A stretch of 64,000 nucleotides of DNA. It comes from Coleofasciculus chthonoplastes F2-STO-03 (GTDB lineage Bacteria; Cyanobacteriota; Cyanobacteriia; Cyanobacteriales; Coleofasciculaceae). Of this stretch, positions 1 to 9,548 are shown one piece after another. The position numbers were made by a program, and so were the translations under genes. Each line of letters begins with the position of its first letter. Position 1 is the stretch's first letter. The stretch lies in assembly GCA_040222015.1 (NCBI GenBank), contig JAVJWO010000067.1, forward strand, positions 15,272 through 79,271. Direction: 5' to 3'. Below the pieces are notes generated by a model. That model made no database searches. It was given only the letters and a program-made list of their open reading frames with translations, and was not told the DNA's origin.

Positions 1-1
1 T

Positions 2-1837
2 AACCTTAATGATGGCGGTGATATTACTCTCAACGCCCGTGGTAATATTCAAGTCAGCCAGATTAACGCCCAAAGTCTGGGTGATGGCAATGGCGGAGAT
101 GTCGATATTACCACTCCCAGTTATTTCCAAGCCACTGACTCCTTCATCGACCAAAATAACATCAACGCCAGTATTTCTGTCGCTGGGGGTGACAACGGTG
201 GAACCATTATTATTCGCCACGGCGGAGACGGTGAGATTCCCTTTATTGTCGGTAATCCTGATATCAATGGCACAGCAGCCGCGATTACTAGAGGCGATGA
301 CGCGGGGATACAGACAATTGAACCCACTAGAGACTATTTCTTTACCCACAAACGGGATAGAGACCGCATTCAAATTATATCGATTCTGGGCGCTGTACCT
401 CTACCGCCAACGCCCATTCCTGTGCCAGAACCAACACCCAAGCTAAACTTAGATCAAAATCCCATCGAGTCGTTAGCCTTTCGAGTTGGGGATACGTTAG
501 ACGCCGATACTACGATTAACCAAGACCCAGAAACCGGAAACTATAATATTAGCTGGAGATTTCCTGGCGAACAACCTATCAACCTCAACGTTAACAACCC
601 CCCAACTCCACTTGAAGTCACCCCCCAAGATGATATCATTGCTGAAATCGACCAACTCTTTGAAGATGAATTTGAAGACTACTTTGGCGAAAACTTAACC
701 AATGCCAACGTCACCGCCGAAAGCTTACGGGAAACACTGAAAACCATCGAACAGCAAACCGGAAAACGTGCGGTTGTTATCTATGCCCGTCATCTGGAGG
801 AAGGATTGGAACTGGTATTAGTTTTACCGGAAGACAATTATATCCGTAAACTGGTTCCCGCCGCTAATATTACCACCCTGAAAAATACTGTCAGCGAATT
901 TCAGGAGATGGTTACGGATATTACCGAATCCCGTGGCTACCTCCCCGCCGCCCAACAGCTTTATCAATGGTTAATTGCCCCCCTAGAATCCGACTTAGAC
1001 GCCTTAGATATTGATACGCTTATCTTCTGTATGGATGCCGGATTACGTCAACTTCCTATGGCGGCGTTACACGATGGCAAGCAGTTTCTGATTGAAAACT
1101 ATAGCATTGGTTCCATTCCCAGTGTTAGCCTCACCAACACCCGTTATCAACCCGTTAAAAATGCCCAAATTCTCGCCATGGGCGCGACTGAATTTTCGGA
1201 TTTAGGGGAATTACCCACAGTAGACACCGAATTAAAGATTATCACTCAAACCTTGTGGACAGGGGAATCCTTCCTCAACGAAGAATTTACCCTCAGCAAT
1301 CTGAAAACCGAGAGTCGCCGCCAACCTTTTGAGATTATCCATCTCGCCACCCATGCTGAATTTAATGACGGTAATCCGAGTAACTCCTATATTCAACTGT
1401 GGGATACGAAACTGAGACTCAATCAAGTGCGCCAACTGGAATGGTATTTACCCCCGCCTATCGAATTATTAGTCCTCTCAGCCTGTCAAACCGCCCTGGG
1501 AAATATTGAGGCTGAATTAGGATTTGCCGGGTTAGCGGTACAAACTGGCGTCAAGTCGGCGGTAGCTAGTCTGTGGTATGTAGGCGATGAAGCGACGCTG
1601 AGTTTAATGAGTGGATTCTATGCCCAATTACGCCTACCGGATATCACGATTAAAGCCGAAGCTTTGCGTCAAGCGCAACTGGCGATGTTACGGGAACAGG
1701 TGTATTTTGAAGGAGGGAAATTAACCGGAATTGAAGGGTTAGATGTTACACTTCCTGGATTGGGAAGTCGGGCAAATCAACGATTATCCCATCCTTATTA
1801 TTGGGCAGGATTTACGATTATTGGTAGTCCGTGGTAG
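2..1837 (+). CDS. Filamentous-haemagglutinin-repeat / CHAT protease fusion protein, 5'-truncated by the window edge
   Basis: Frame 2 is open from base 2 (NLNDGGDITLNARGNIQV...IIIRHGGDGE...), aligns by eye to the pre-CHAT region of the 15520-20802 protein, and continues into ORF 422-1837. CHAT motifs HLATHA, LLVLSACQTALG and HPYYWAGFTIIGSPW are present. Confidence 0.9.
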   Translation, partial: NLNDGGDITLNARGNIQVSQINAQSLGDGNGGDVDITTPSYFQATDSFIDQNNINASISVAGGDNGGTIIIRHGGDGEIPFIVGNPDINGTAAAITRGDDAGIQTIEPTRDYFFTHKRDRDRIQIISILGAVPLPPTPIPVPEPTPKLNLDQNPIESLAFRVGDTLDADTTINQDPETGNYNISWRFPGEQPINLNVNNPPTPLEVTPQDDIIAEIDQLFEDEFEDYFGENLTNANVTAESLRETLKTIEQQTGKRAVVIYARHLEEGLELVLVLPEDNYIRKLVPAANITTLKNTVSEFQEMVTDITESRGYLPAAQQLYQWLIAPLESDLDALDIDTLIFCMDAGLRQLPMAALHDGKQFLIENYSIGSIPSVSLTNTRYQPVKNAQILAMGATEFSDLGELPTVDTELKIITQTLWTGESFLNEEFTLSNLKTESRRQPFEIIHLATHAEFNDGNPSNSYIQLWDTKLRLNQVRQLEWYLPPPIELLVLSACQTALGNIEAELGFAGLAVQTGVKSAVASLWYVGDEATLSLMSGFYAQLRLPDITIKAEALRQAQLAMLREQVYFEGGKLTGIEGLDVTLPGLGSRANQRLSHPYYWAGFTIIGSPW

Positions 1838-1882
1838 ATGGATGATCAGATAATATCTAACTGTAGGGGCGGGTTTAGGGAA

Positions 1883-2314
1883 TCACCCTCATACCCTAAC
1901 CCCATCTCCCATCAAGGGAGAAGGGGAACAATTTCATAATTATTCAACCGGGTTAACAAACAGATAAACAATTAAATAATATCAAACCGTAGGGGTGGGT
2001 TTAGTCACAATTGTAGGGGCGGGTTTAGGGAATCAATTCAGATATCTACCACTAACGGAACAACAAAACCCGCCCTCCCCCAACCCTGGGAATCGATTCA
2101 CCCTCATCCCCTAACCCCTTCTCTCATCAAGGGAGAAGGGGAACAATTTTATAGACAATTGCGTAATTATTCAGCCTTGTTAACAAACAGATAAACAATT
2201 AAATAATATCAAACCGTAGGGGCGGGTTGAGGAACAATTGTAGGGGCGGGTTTAGGGAATCAATGCAGCTAGTCACCACTAACAGAACAACAAAACCCGC
2301 CCTCCCCCAACCCT
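1883..2314. repeat. Imperfect tandem duplication (~205 and ~217 bp units) built from GTAGGGGCGGGTTT...AAACCCGCCC REP-like elements
   Basis: 1883-2087 and 2098-2314 share long identical blocks, e.g. gttaacaaacagataaacaattaaataatatcaaaccgtagggg and aacaacaaaacccgccctcccccaaccct. Confidence 0.85.
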
Positions 2315-2419
2315 TCATCACGAATAGTATCCAAAGGATTGGTGGGTTACGGCGGATAGAGGATTGAATGGTTAATGGCAGAATTTAGTACCGCCAAACC
2401 CACCCTACAATTAAACAAC

Positions 2420-2447
2420 TGACAAATGACAAATGACAAATGACAAA
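2420..2447. repeat. STRR heptamer array (TGACAAA x4)
   Basis: Read directly; known cyanobacterial short tandemly repeated repetitive sequence type. Confidence 0.9.
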
Positions 2448-2454
2448 TGATCAA

Positions 2455-3162
2455 TTAATCATCTATCGCTTCAACTTCACCCGCGATCGCACTTTGTGGT
2501 AAATCCGCTAAACCCATTGATTTTAATAGGGTTTCCCAGGTTGAAGGGAGGGTACGAAGCTGGGAGATATCCTGGGGCAGATCATACCAAATATTATGTT
2601 CAATTAATAGGTCAATCTGTTGGGATAAAGGCGCTTGCTGTATCTGCGTCTCTAAGTCTTGATTATCCAACCGTTTTACCCATCCCTGATGCCAAACGCG
2701 ATCGCGCATGGATGATCCGGAGGATGTACAATATAGCATGAGTTTCCAAGTGTAGCGTTGATTTGGGGCTAAGGGGGGCGCGGTTTTGGGTAAACTAATC
2801 TGAATTAAACCGGGGGTTTGGGGTAGAGAAAATTCCTGTCGGTAGATGGTATTTTGTTGTTCGTCTTCTATGGTAAATTTGCCGGAATGGAGGCTACTTG
2901 TTTGATAGGGAATGTAGAACCAAAGGGTAGGATATCCGTTGAGAGTGTAGCCGGAAAATTCGCTATTAGTCAGGGGTAATAAGGGGGTAAAGGGTTGATC
3001 TGTTTTCTCGCAGGAACCCCGAGTTCCACCGGGATTTCGTTCTTCTGCGGGTTCACTGTCTGGGGGTTTGGGTGGATTATTGGTAGTCGGTGGGGTTTGA
3101 TTGGTTGGGGTGGAGGTGATGAGAATTAAGGAAAGAATGAGTGGAAGGTTTGGGAAAGTCAT
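2455..3162 (-). CDS. DUF928 domain protein (secreted/periplasmic)
   Basis: Hydrophobic N-terminus, Pro-rich linker, GGTRGSC, PTLWFYIPY, LAPNQRYTW, GWVKR and IWYD motifs typical of DUF928. Confidence 0.85.
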   Translation of the reverse strand: MTFPNLPLILSLILITSTPTNQTPPTTNNPPKPPDSEPAEERNPGGTRGSCEKTDQPFTPLLPLTNSEFSGYTLNGYPTLWFYIPYQTSSLHSGKFTIEDEQQNTIYRQEFSLPQTPGLIQISLPKTAPPLAPNQRYTWKLMLYCTSSGSSMRDRVWHQGWVKRLDNQDLETQIQQAPLSQQIDLLIEHNIWYDLPQDISQLRTLPSTWETLLKSMGLADLPQSAIAGEVEAIDD

Positions 3163-3206
3163 TGTTTTTTCTCCGGGTTTGGGGTTGGGTGGTTGGGTGT
3201 TTTTTT

Positions 3207-3250
3207 TAACGCAGAGGGGCGCAGAGGTTAACGCAGAGGGGCGCAGAGGG
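3207..3250. repeat. CGCAGAGG short repeat x4
   Basis: aacgcagaggggcgcagaggttaacgcagaggggcgcagagg; a reverse-orientation copy lies at ~5747-5789. Confidence 0.8.
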
Positions 3251-3268
3251 GTAGGCGTAATTGATGTT

Positions 3269-5608
3269 CTATCGATTTGGGTTGGGGTTGGGTTGATGTT
3301 TATGGGTTTGGTGTTTAACTGTGCATAGGTTGGTGATTAGATGGGCAAAAATAGAGGGAGTTAGGGGAAGGTAAAGATGAAGGGTGATAAAAATAATAAA
3401 GCTAACTCCTCCAATGCTAATTAGGATGATTCCACTGGCGATTCCTCGATAGATTAAGCCGGAAATCCGCCAGTTAATTAGTCCGGCTGATAACGCCCAT
3501 GTTCCAATCCAAAGACTCTCTATCCACCAGGGGGGAAATTGAAGTAGGGAACGTTTGTCTGTAACAGCGCTAATCAGTTGACTGATTTTATGGGCGTGAA
3601 GGTGTAAGCCGCGAATCTCTTGATTGTCTGGTGTTTTAAAGTAATCTTTGACGCTGGGATCGGTAACGCCAATTAATATGATTTTGTTTTGAATTAAGGC
3701 GGGATTCACTTGATGATTGAGTACCTGAGTTAGGGTGACAGTTGGGGCAATTTCCTCAGTGCGGCGATAGTTAAGCATGATTTGGTGTGATTTGACTTGG
3801 GAGGGGGTATAAAATCCAGGGTGACTATTCAGAATGTTGAAGCGAATTCCGCCAATTTGCCATTGTTTGGCGGTGGGAAAGTCAACAGAAAAGCCCTGAT
3901 TCTGTAAATAACGTAGGGCGATTTGGGAACTAAAAGCATAGTAGGCGGAACAGTTGGAAGGTTGAGGCGGATTCATGGCTAAAAGATGACGGCGAACAAT
4001 GCTATCGGAATCGGTAATTACATCACTAAAGCCTAGACGCTTGTCGGGAATTTGCGGTGGTGGTGAGATACCTTCGGGATCATTCTGATTGGGATGGGTA
4101 CAAATCGGAATCACGCGATCGCGCGTTTTGAGATACTCAATTAATTCCCCTTGACCTTTGCCTTCAGGTCGGTCACGATAGATATCTAAACCGATAAGTT
4201 GGGGCTGATATTGGTCTAAGGCTTGTAATAATTGCCGCATTGTGCGATCATGCAGTGGATATTCGTTGCCTAAGTTGGCGATATCCTGCCGAGTAATCTG
4301 TACCAGCAACAACCGTTGATCCGGTTCCTCCGGCTGACGCGATCGCCCAAACCAATCAAACGTCTGAAATTCCCAAGATTGCCATACACCCAGCGATCGC
4401 ATTCCCATCACCAATACCGTTACCCCCACTGTCGCGGCGATTACCCGCCACCGAGGAAGGGATGACGAGGGAGAGGGAATCGGTTGAAGCTGTTGATTCA
4501 CCCAATGGCGATCAAAAACAGAGGCATAAATCCGATTCGCCACCTGCAACTGTCCCCCCCGCTTCACCACTAACCCCGATAACCGTAATTGCTGCTGCAA
4601 ATGATTCTGATCAGCCGGAACTTTTTTCCCTTTTAGTATCCGGTGATACAGCATTAATAACGGTTGACTATCTTGATGCCCAGACAAGACGCGATCGCGA
4701 ATCGTCCGCAGATGTTCAGGATTATCCTGAGACAGCCAATTATCGAGAATGTGCGATCGTACCACCTGATCCACAAAACCAGTAGGTAGGGTGTGGGGTG
4801 TAGGGTGTGGGGTGTAGGGAAGCATTTGTTCCCTTTGTTCTCCTACCGCCTGACACACCAACCGACATACTTTTTGCGTCAGAAACGGTTGTCCCCCTGT
4901 CCAATTTAATATAGCTTGAAGTACCGCATCAGGATGACGAACCTTTCCCTGTAATCCCCTAACTAAAGGTTTCGCTTCCTCCGGCGTAAACCCCTTTAAC
5001 TCAATCGCCAAACTATCAAAATTAAACGGCGTGCGTTGATTATCCGCAATCAAATCCGATGGCGTCGCCACTCCCAACAACGCAAAGGTTAAACGCTGGT
5101 ATTTCGGCTGAGATGCCCGTTTATTATAACAAGTGCGGATAAAGCCAAACAGATCATCTTTAAAGTCTAAATTCAGAATACTATCGATTTCATCAATAAA
5201 AATAGCAATCTTACCCGCAACCCTTCCCAAAACCTCCTCATCCACGAACTTACTGAACCGATCAAAGGGAGATAAATACTCATACCGATACCACCACTCC
5301 GCCTCATCCAGATCCAACGCAAACCCACTCACCAAATGACTCACCATTGTGCCATAAAACTCCTCCTGATTAATTTGAAAACTACAGATATCCCGCATTT
5401 CCATTTCCACACAAGCGAACCCCTGATCTTGCAAGCGTTTCATCGTCCGCACCAACAAACTCGACTTACCCATCTGACGAGAATTCAGCACATAACAAAA
5501 CCGCATCCCCCTCAATCCCAGATAAAGTTCTTGATCCGCCGCCCGAACCACATAATTCGTCGCCTCCAGGGGTAAAGCGCCACCTACTTGATAGTCGTCA
5601 TTTGTCAT
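3269..5608 (-). CDS. AAA_35-family ATPase fused to a membrane CHASE2 sensor domain
   Basis: YQVGGAL, Walker A NSRQMGKSSL, Walker B IFIDEIDS, WTGGQPFLTQK; a TM helix; CHASE2 motifs LLLVQITRQDI, IGLDIYRD, DSDSIVRRHLL, IILIGVT; three C-terminal TM helices. Confidence 0.88.
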   Translation of the reverse strand: MTNDDYQVGGALPLEATNYVVRAADQELYLGLRGMRFCYVLNSRQMGKSSLLVRTMKRLQDQGFACVEMEMRDICSFQINQEEFYGTMVSHLVSGFALDLDEAEWWYRYEYLSPFDRFSKFVDEEVLGRVAGKIAIFIDEIDSILNLDFKDDLFGFIRTCYNKRASQPKYQRLTFALLGVATPSDLIADNQRTPFNFDSLAIELKGFTPEEAKPLVRGLQGKVRHPDAVLQAILNWTGGQPFLTQKVCRLVCQAVGEQREQMLPYTPHPTPHTLPTGFVDQVVRSHILDNWLSQDNPEHLRTIRDRVLSGHQDSQPLLMLYHRILKGKKVPADQNHLQQQLRLSGLVVKRGGQLQVANRIYASVFDRHWVNQQLQPIPSPSSSLPRWRVIAATVGVTVLVMGMRSLGVWQSWEFQTFDWFGRSRQPEEPDQRLLLVQITRQDIANLGNEYPLHDRTMRQLLQALDQYQPQLIGLDIYRDRPEGKGQGELIEYLKTRDRVIPICTHPNQNDPEGISPPPQIPDKRLGFSDVITDSDSIVRRHLLAMNPPQPSNCSAYYAFSSQIALRYLQNQGFSVDFPTAKQWQIGGIRFNILNSHPGFYTPSQVKSHQIMLNYRRTEEIAPTVTLTQVLNHQVNPALIQNKIILIGVTDPSVKDYFKTPDNQEIRGLHLHAHKISQLISAVTDKRSLLQFPPWWIESLWIGTWALSAGLINWRISGLIYRGIASGIILISIGGVSFIIFITLHLYLPLTPSIFAHLITNLCTVKHQTHKHQPNPNPNR

Positions 5609-5678
5609 TTGTCATTTGTCATTTGTCATTTGTCATTCGTCATTCGTCATTTGTCATTTGTCATTTGTCATTCGTCAT
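5597..5678. repeat. STRR heptamer array (GTCATT[T/C], ~11-12 units) overlapping the start of the AAA_35-CHASE2 gene
   Basis: Read directly from the sequence. Confidence 0.9.
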
Positions 5679-5833
5679 CTAATCCTAACTATCGAACCCA
5701 AGCCCATCTCCACCCCCCTAAAACTTGGCAACCCATCCACTCAACCCCTCTGCGTTCCTCTGCGTAAACCTCTGCGTTCCTCTGCGTTAAAAAACCACAA
5801 CCTATCTCCCCACAGAATCCAATCAAACAATCC

Positions 5834-7168
5834 CTAACCCCCCGATTCAATCCGACTCTCAAAATACTGACGAAATAACTCATAACGAGGACTAACGCCA
5901 TCCCCTTCCCACCGTACCAACCCCAAATTCTCCAAAACATCCGCCACCTCTGGATTCAATCTTACCGGATGATTAACACCAACAACCTGATTAAACACCG
6001 CCACTAACTCCGGCAATTGATGTAACTTTTGTTCATACATCAGCAAATAATCCCGATAAAGTCCCCTAGGAGTCGCCGCCATTACCAACACCTCCTCCAA
6101 TGTGACCAACTTTTGTCCAATTTGCTTAATCGCCTCTTGCACTAAATAAGGCTGTCCCCCCACCATCGCCATTAACCGATTCACCTGATCTCCTTGCCAA
6201 TCTAATCCATAATGTTGCGCCAACTCTTGCACCTGTTCCCGACTCAATTCCGGTAACGCGATCGGAAGTCCCGTATTAAATGGCGACTGATTAATATCAA
6301 GTTCGCGATAATCTTCCGTATACACTAAAACCTGACGCAACTTGCCCCAAATTGGGCGCGTTTTCGCATCCTCATGTCGCGTTCGCAGCATCCCTAAAAA
6401 CTCGCCAGCAACCTCTGGATACGGAAAAATTCGATCCACTTCATCTAACCCCAAAACCAGACAACTGTCTCCGGGTAACAGATGCTTTTCAAAATACGTC
6501 TTACACTTATTCTTACTATTGCCAATACTCTTCTGCCAATGTTCAGCAACTGGATTATCTGACAATGATTCTTGGTTCAGACTCAGCGTCACACTGGTAC
6601 AGAACCATTGCAGAAATCGATTCAAATCTTGAAAATCCGTCGCCGTTGCATCCCGCAGATTCAAACTCACTGCGCGATAACCCTGATCCGCCGCATAATT
6701 CAACACCCGTGACATCAACTCGGTTTTCCCCATCTTCCACGGCGCTTTAATCCGCAGCAAACATCCCGGCTTCAGGATTTCCCGGTAACAGGTAGGCAGA
6801 ATCCCCGGTTCACTATAAATATCTTGGCAAAGAGGAGACGCGATCGCACGGGAATCTGTCTCTGGATTCCTCAGTTGTTCTCCATACTGTTGATATCGCA
6901 CATACTCCCGCTTTAACCAGTCTCGCAAGCGCTTAAATTTCCCCTTTTTCTCCGTATTCAGCGCCGGACAAGAATGGGCAAATGTCGCATAAATTCGTCC
7001 CATTCGTCGTTGCAGCGTCGCCTCACTGATATGTAAATTGTCAGCAATTTTGGCATCAAGTTCAGCCAAATTGCGTTCCGCAAAGCGGAGACAGAACACC
7101 CGTCTCTCATCGGCATCAAATATACCCTGATAATCTGCAATTTGTTGTAAAAATGTATCCCACGACAT
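5834..7168 (-). CDS. AAA_35-family ATPase with an N-terminal helix-turn-helix-like domain
   Basis: IKAPWKMGKT (Walker A), LVLGLDEVD (Walker B), INQSPFNTG, MVGGQPYLV. The N-terminal IADNLHISEATLQRRMGRIY resembles a LuxR/sigma-region-4 HTH. Confidence 0.82.
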   Translation of the reverse strand: MSWDTFLQQIADYQGIFDADERRVFCLRFAERNLAELDAKIADNLHISEATLQRRMGRIYATFAHSCPALNTEKKGKFKRLRDWLKREYVRYQQYGEQLRNPETDSRAIASPLCQDIYSEPGILPTCYREILKPGCLLRIKAPWKMGKTELMSRVLNYAADQGYRAVSLNLRDATATDFQDLNRFLQWFCTSVTLSLNQESLSDNPVAEHWQKSIGNSKNKCKTYFEKHLLPGDSCLVLGLDEVDRIFPYPEVAGEFLGMLRTRHEDAKTRPIWGKLRQVLVYTEDYRELDINQSPFNTGLPIALPELSREQVQELAQHYGLDWQGDQVNRLMAMVGGQPYLVQEAIKQIGQKLVTLEEVLVMAATPRGLYRDYLLMYEQKLHQLPELVAVFNQVVGVNHPVRLNPEVADVLENLGLVRWEGDGVSPRYELFRQYFESRIESGG

Positions 7169-7379
7169 AAACAGTTAGAGGTATTCAATAGTCAGCAAAA
7201 TTGTCGGATGTGTTAGCATTCGCGCAGCATTCTCGAAAGGTAGCGTAACGCACCCTGACTCTATTCCACTAGGATATCACTTATAATCCAACGATTAAAA
7301 TAAATTGGACTTGAGTCAACAATGCAAACGTTTATAGCGAAGACAGCGCAACGATTAACAAAGAATTCATCACTAATAT

Positions 7380-7419
7380 TGATACCTTCTGATAGCTTGT
7401 GATACCTTTTGATAGGTTT
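7380..7419 (+). promoter_or_regulatory. 10-bp-phased direct repeat array TGATA(C/G)... x4, candidate operator
   Basis: TGATACCTTC TGATAGCTTG TGATACCTTT TGATAGGTTT, plus a further TGATAG at 7444, between divergent genes. Confidence 0.6.
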
Positions 7420-7574
7420 AAAACAAACCCTCACAATTCTATCTGATAGCTAGCTGTGGGTTCAAATTCAAAATAAACCGATTTAATAGACTTATAAGCA
7501 AAATACATACATCTGATCGATCAGACCTATTTTCCAGTTATCTCAACTCTCTCAGAATTTTCAGGAGTACGATT

Positions 7575-9284
7575 ATGCTGAAATTCAAACCCATTCTTTC
7601 TCTTACCGTAGTCGGACTATCTCTCAGCCTACTCAGTAGTGGTAAAGCCTCAGCCTTTAGCTTCAACTTTAGCCCAATAGTAGAAACTAGCGATTCATTC
7701 AGTTCCTTTACCAGCCTCGGATCAGGACTCGGTACTGCAGGCGGAAATAGCGGCTATAAGTTGTCCAATGACTCCAACTATCAAAACGGAAAAGGACTGG
7801 CAATTAACAATAATGGTCAAGTCGTCTTTTTTGCCGAACTCAAGTCAGGAGACCAAGGAATCTATGTTGGTACGGGTGTCAGCGCCCCAGAAATCATTGT
7901 TGACAACAAATCTTACTCTATATTTAGCAGTTTTGGTCAGGGACTATCCCTTAATAATGATGGCACAGTCGCTTTTTTTGCCGATGTCGATTCTGGAGAA
8001 CAAGGCATCTTTACCAGCAGTGGTGTCAGTAACACTCAACAAATTGCCCATACAAACGGAACCTATAGTAGCTTTGCTCCTGGATTATCTCTCAACGATA
8101 ATGGCACGGTTGCCTTTCTTGCCAATCTCGATAGTGGAGCGCAAGAAATATTTACCAGTGATGGTAATAAAACGATCCAAATTACCAACTGTATAGGTGC
8201 TGGCTCATCCGAGCAACAATGTCCTCTCTCCAGTGGAAATCTTGATCCTCTTGCACCTGACATTAATAATCAGGGAATGGTTAGCTTTGTGAGTCACTAC
8301 GGTGTCTTTACAGGGGATGAGAATGGCAACTATTTGATTGTTTCCGATCCCACTAACTTTTGGAATGGTTCATATCGGGAAGCCAACATAAATGACCAAG
8401 GAGAAGTCTCAGCCTTTGCTCATAATAATGGTGCAGGTCAAGTCATTTTTAAGACGAATGGCATTAATGGTGAATTGATTGCTGGGAACAATTATGACGA
8501 GTCAGGAACACCCGATACATTCTATAACCTTGGCACCAGTTCTATCAATAATAAAGGACTCGTCGCTTTTATGGCAAATCAGGTCGTTGAAGGGTCTAGC
8601 GCCTTTAGCAACCAGGATAAAGGTATCTTTGTGGGCAGTAATGCAGTCGAGGATAAAGTTATTGGCATTGGCGATACCTTATTCGGTTCCACTGTAGTTG
8701 ATTTAGCCATGGATCGGCAAAGCCTGAGTGATGATAATGAGATTGTCTTCTGGGCAAAAATGGAAGATGGGACAGAAGGAATTTACCGCGCTAATAACAT
8801 CGCTGACTCCCAATTTAATCCTTTGCTTCCTGATAGTACCTTGGATGGAGTGTTCCGATTTATTGACGTGATTGGCGGAAAATGGTATGACCCACCTTCC
8901 GCCTATGGCTTCCGCTACGAAATGACCGGGGATTCTTTATTTACCTCAATTTTAAACTTCCCGGTTGGCTTTGAAAATCCCTTCACCGTATCTGTAGGAG
9001 ATACAAATCTGGGTGAATTTCTACCTGGAGACAGTATCGATTTTGTCTCGCTTTTGGGTGATGGTGTTTCTGAATTTACGATTACTGGACTTGATGTTGA
9101 TCCAACTAATCCCACAGCGTTCCCAATTAAACTTGACTTTGATACGGATACCGCGAGTTTCGATATGCACGCACTCATAGAGGAAGACAGTCAGAACGTG
9201 CCTGAACCCGTTTCTGTCGTCAGTTTGTTGACCTTTGGTTCAGGTGTTGTACTGTTGCGTAGACGGAAAGCACAGCAGGTGTAG
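7575..9284 (+). CDS. PEP-CTERM surface protein with NxxGxxAF-type tandem repeats
   Basis: Signal peptide; repeats NNNGQVVFF, NNDGTVAFF, NDNGTVAFL, NNKGLVAFM; C-terminal VPEP, hydrophobic helix and RRRK. Confidence 0.88.
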   Translation: MLKFKPILSLTVVGLSLSLLSSGKASAFSFNFSPIVETSDSFSSFTSLGSGLGTAGGNSGYKLSNDSNYQNGKGLAINNNGQVVFFAELKSGDQGIYVGTGVSAPEIIVDNKSYSIFSSFGQGLSLNNDGTVAFFADVDSGEQGIFTSSGVSNTQQIAHTNGTYSSFAPGLSLNDNGTVAFLANLDSGAQEIFTSDGNKTIQITNCIGAGSSEQQCPLSSGNLDPLAPDINNQGMVSFVSHYGVFTGDENGNYLIVSDPTNFWNGSYREANINDQGEVSAFAHNNGAGQVIFKTNGINGELIAGNNYDESGTPDTFYNLGTSSINNKGLVAFMANQVVEGSSAFSNQDKGIFVGSNAVEDKVIGIGDTLFGSTVVDLAMDRQSLSDDNEIVFWAKMEDGTEGIYRANNIADSQFNPLLPDSTLDGVFRFIDVIGGKWYDPPSAYGFRYEMTGDSLFTSILNFPVGFENPFTVSVGDTNLGEFLPGDSIDFVSLLGDGVSEFTITGLDVDPTNPTAFPIKLDFDTDTASFDMHALIEEDSQNVPEPVSVVSLLTFGSGVVLLRRRKAQQV

Positions 9285-9367
9285 GGGCGGGTTTTACAAC
9301 TATCTTATCGGTTGCACCCAGATGTAACTAAACCCGCCCCTGCCAAGGTTTTTTTGACAGATATACC

Positions 9368-9435
9368 GTAGGGTGGGTTGAGCGAAGCCGGTGGGTTGAG
9401 CGAAGCCGGTGGGTTGAGCGAAGCCGAAACCCACC
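9368..9435 (+). repeat. REP-like hairpin with a triplicated 18-bp left arm (GGTGGGTTGAGCGAAGCC x3)
   Basis: Copies at 9372, 9390 and 9408, closed by aaacccacc. A GTAGGGGCGGGTTT...AAACCCGCCCC element lies just upstream at ~9282-9341. Confidence 0.85.
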
Positions 9436-9548
9436 AGCATACCCGTCAGTAACATTGATCTATACCTATTGAATCTTGGCTAGAGTTCTTTATGGGTAAA
9501 GGCACAAACAAATAACCAACAAAGTCTGAAAAGTTGAAGGAGAAAAAA

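Noticed and set aside
9..446. 145-aa ORF at the window start
   Set aside because: It is a shadow frame; frame 2 is open and homologous to the FHA-CHAT paralogue.
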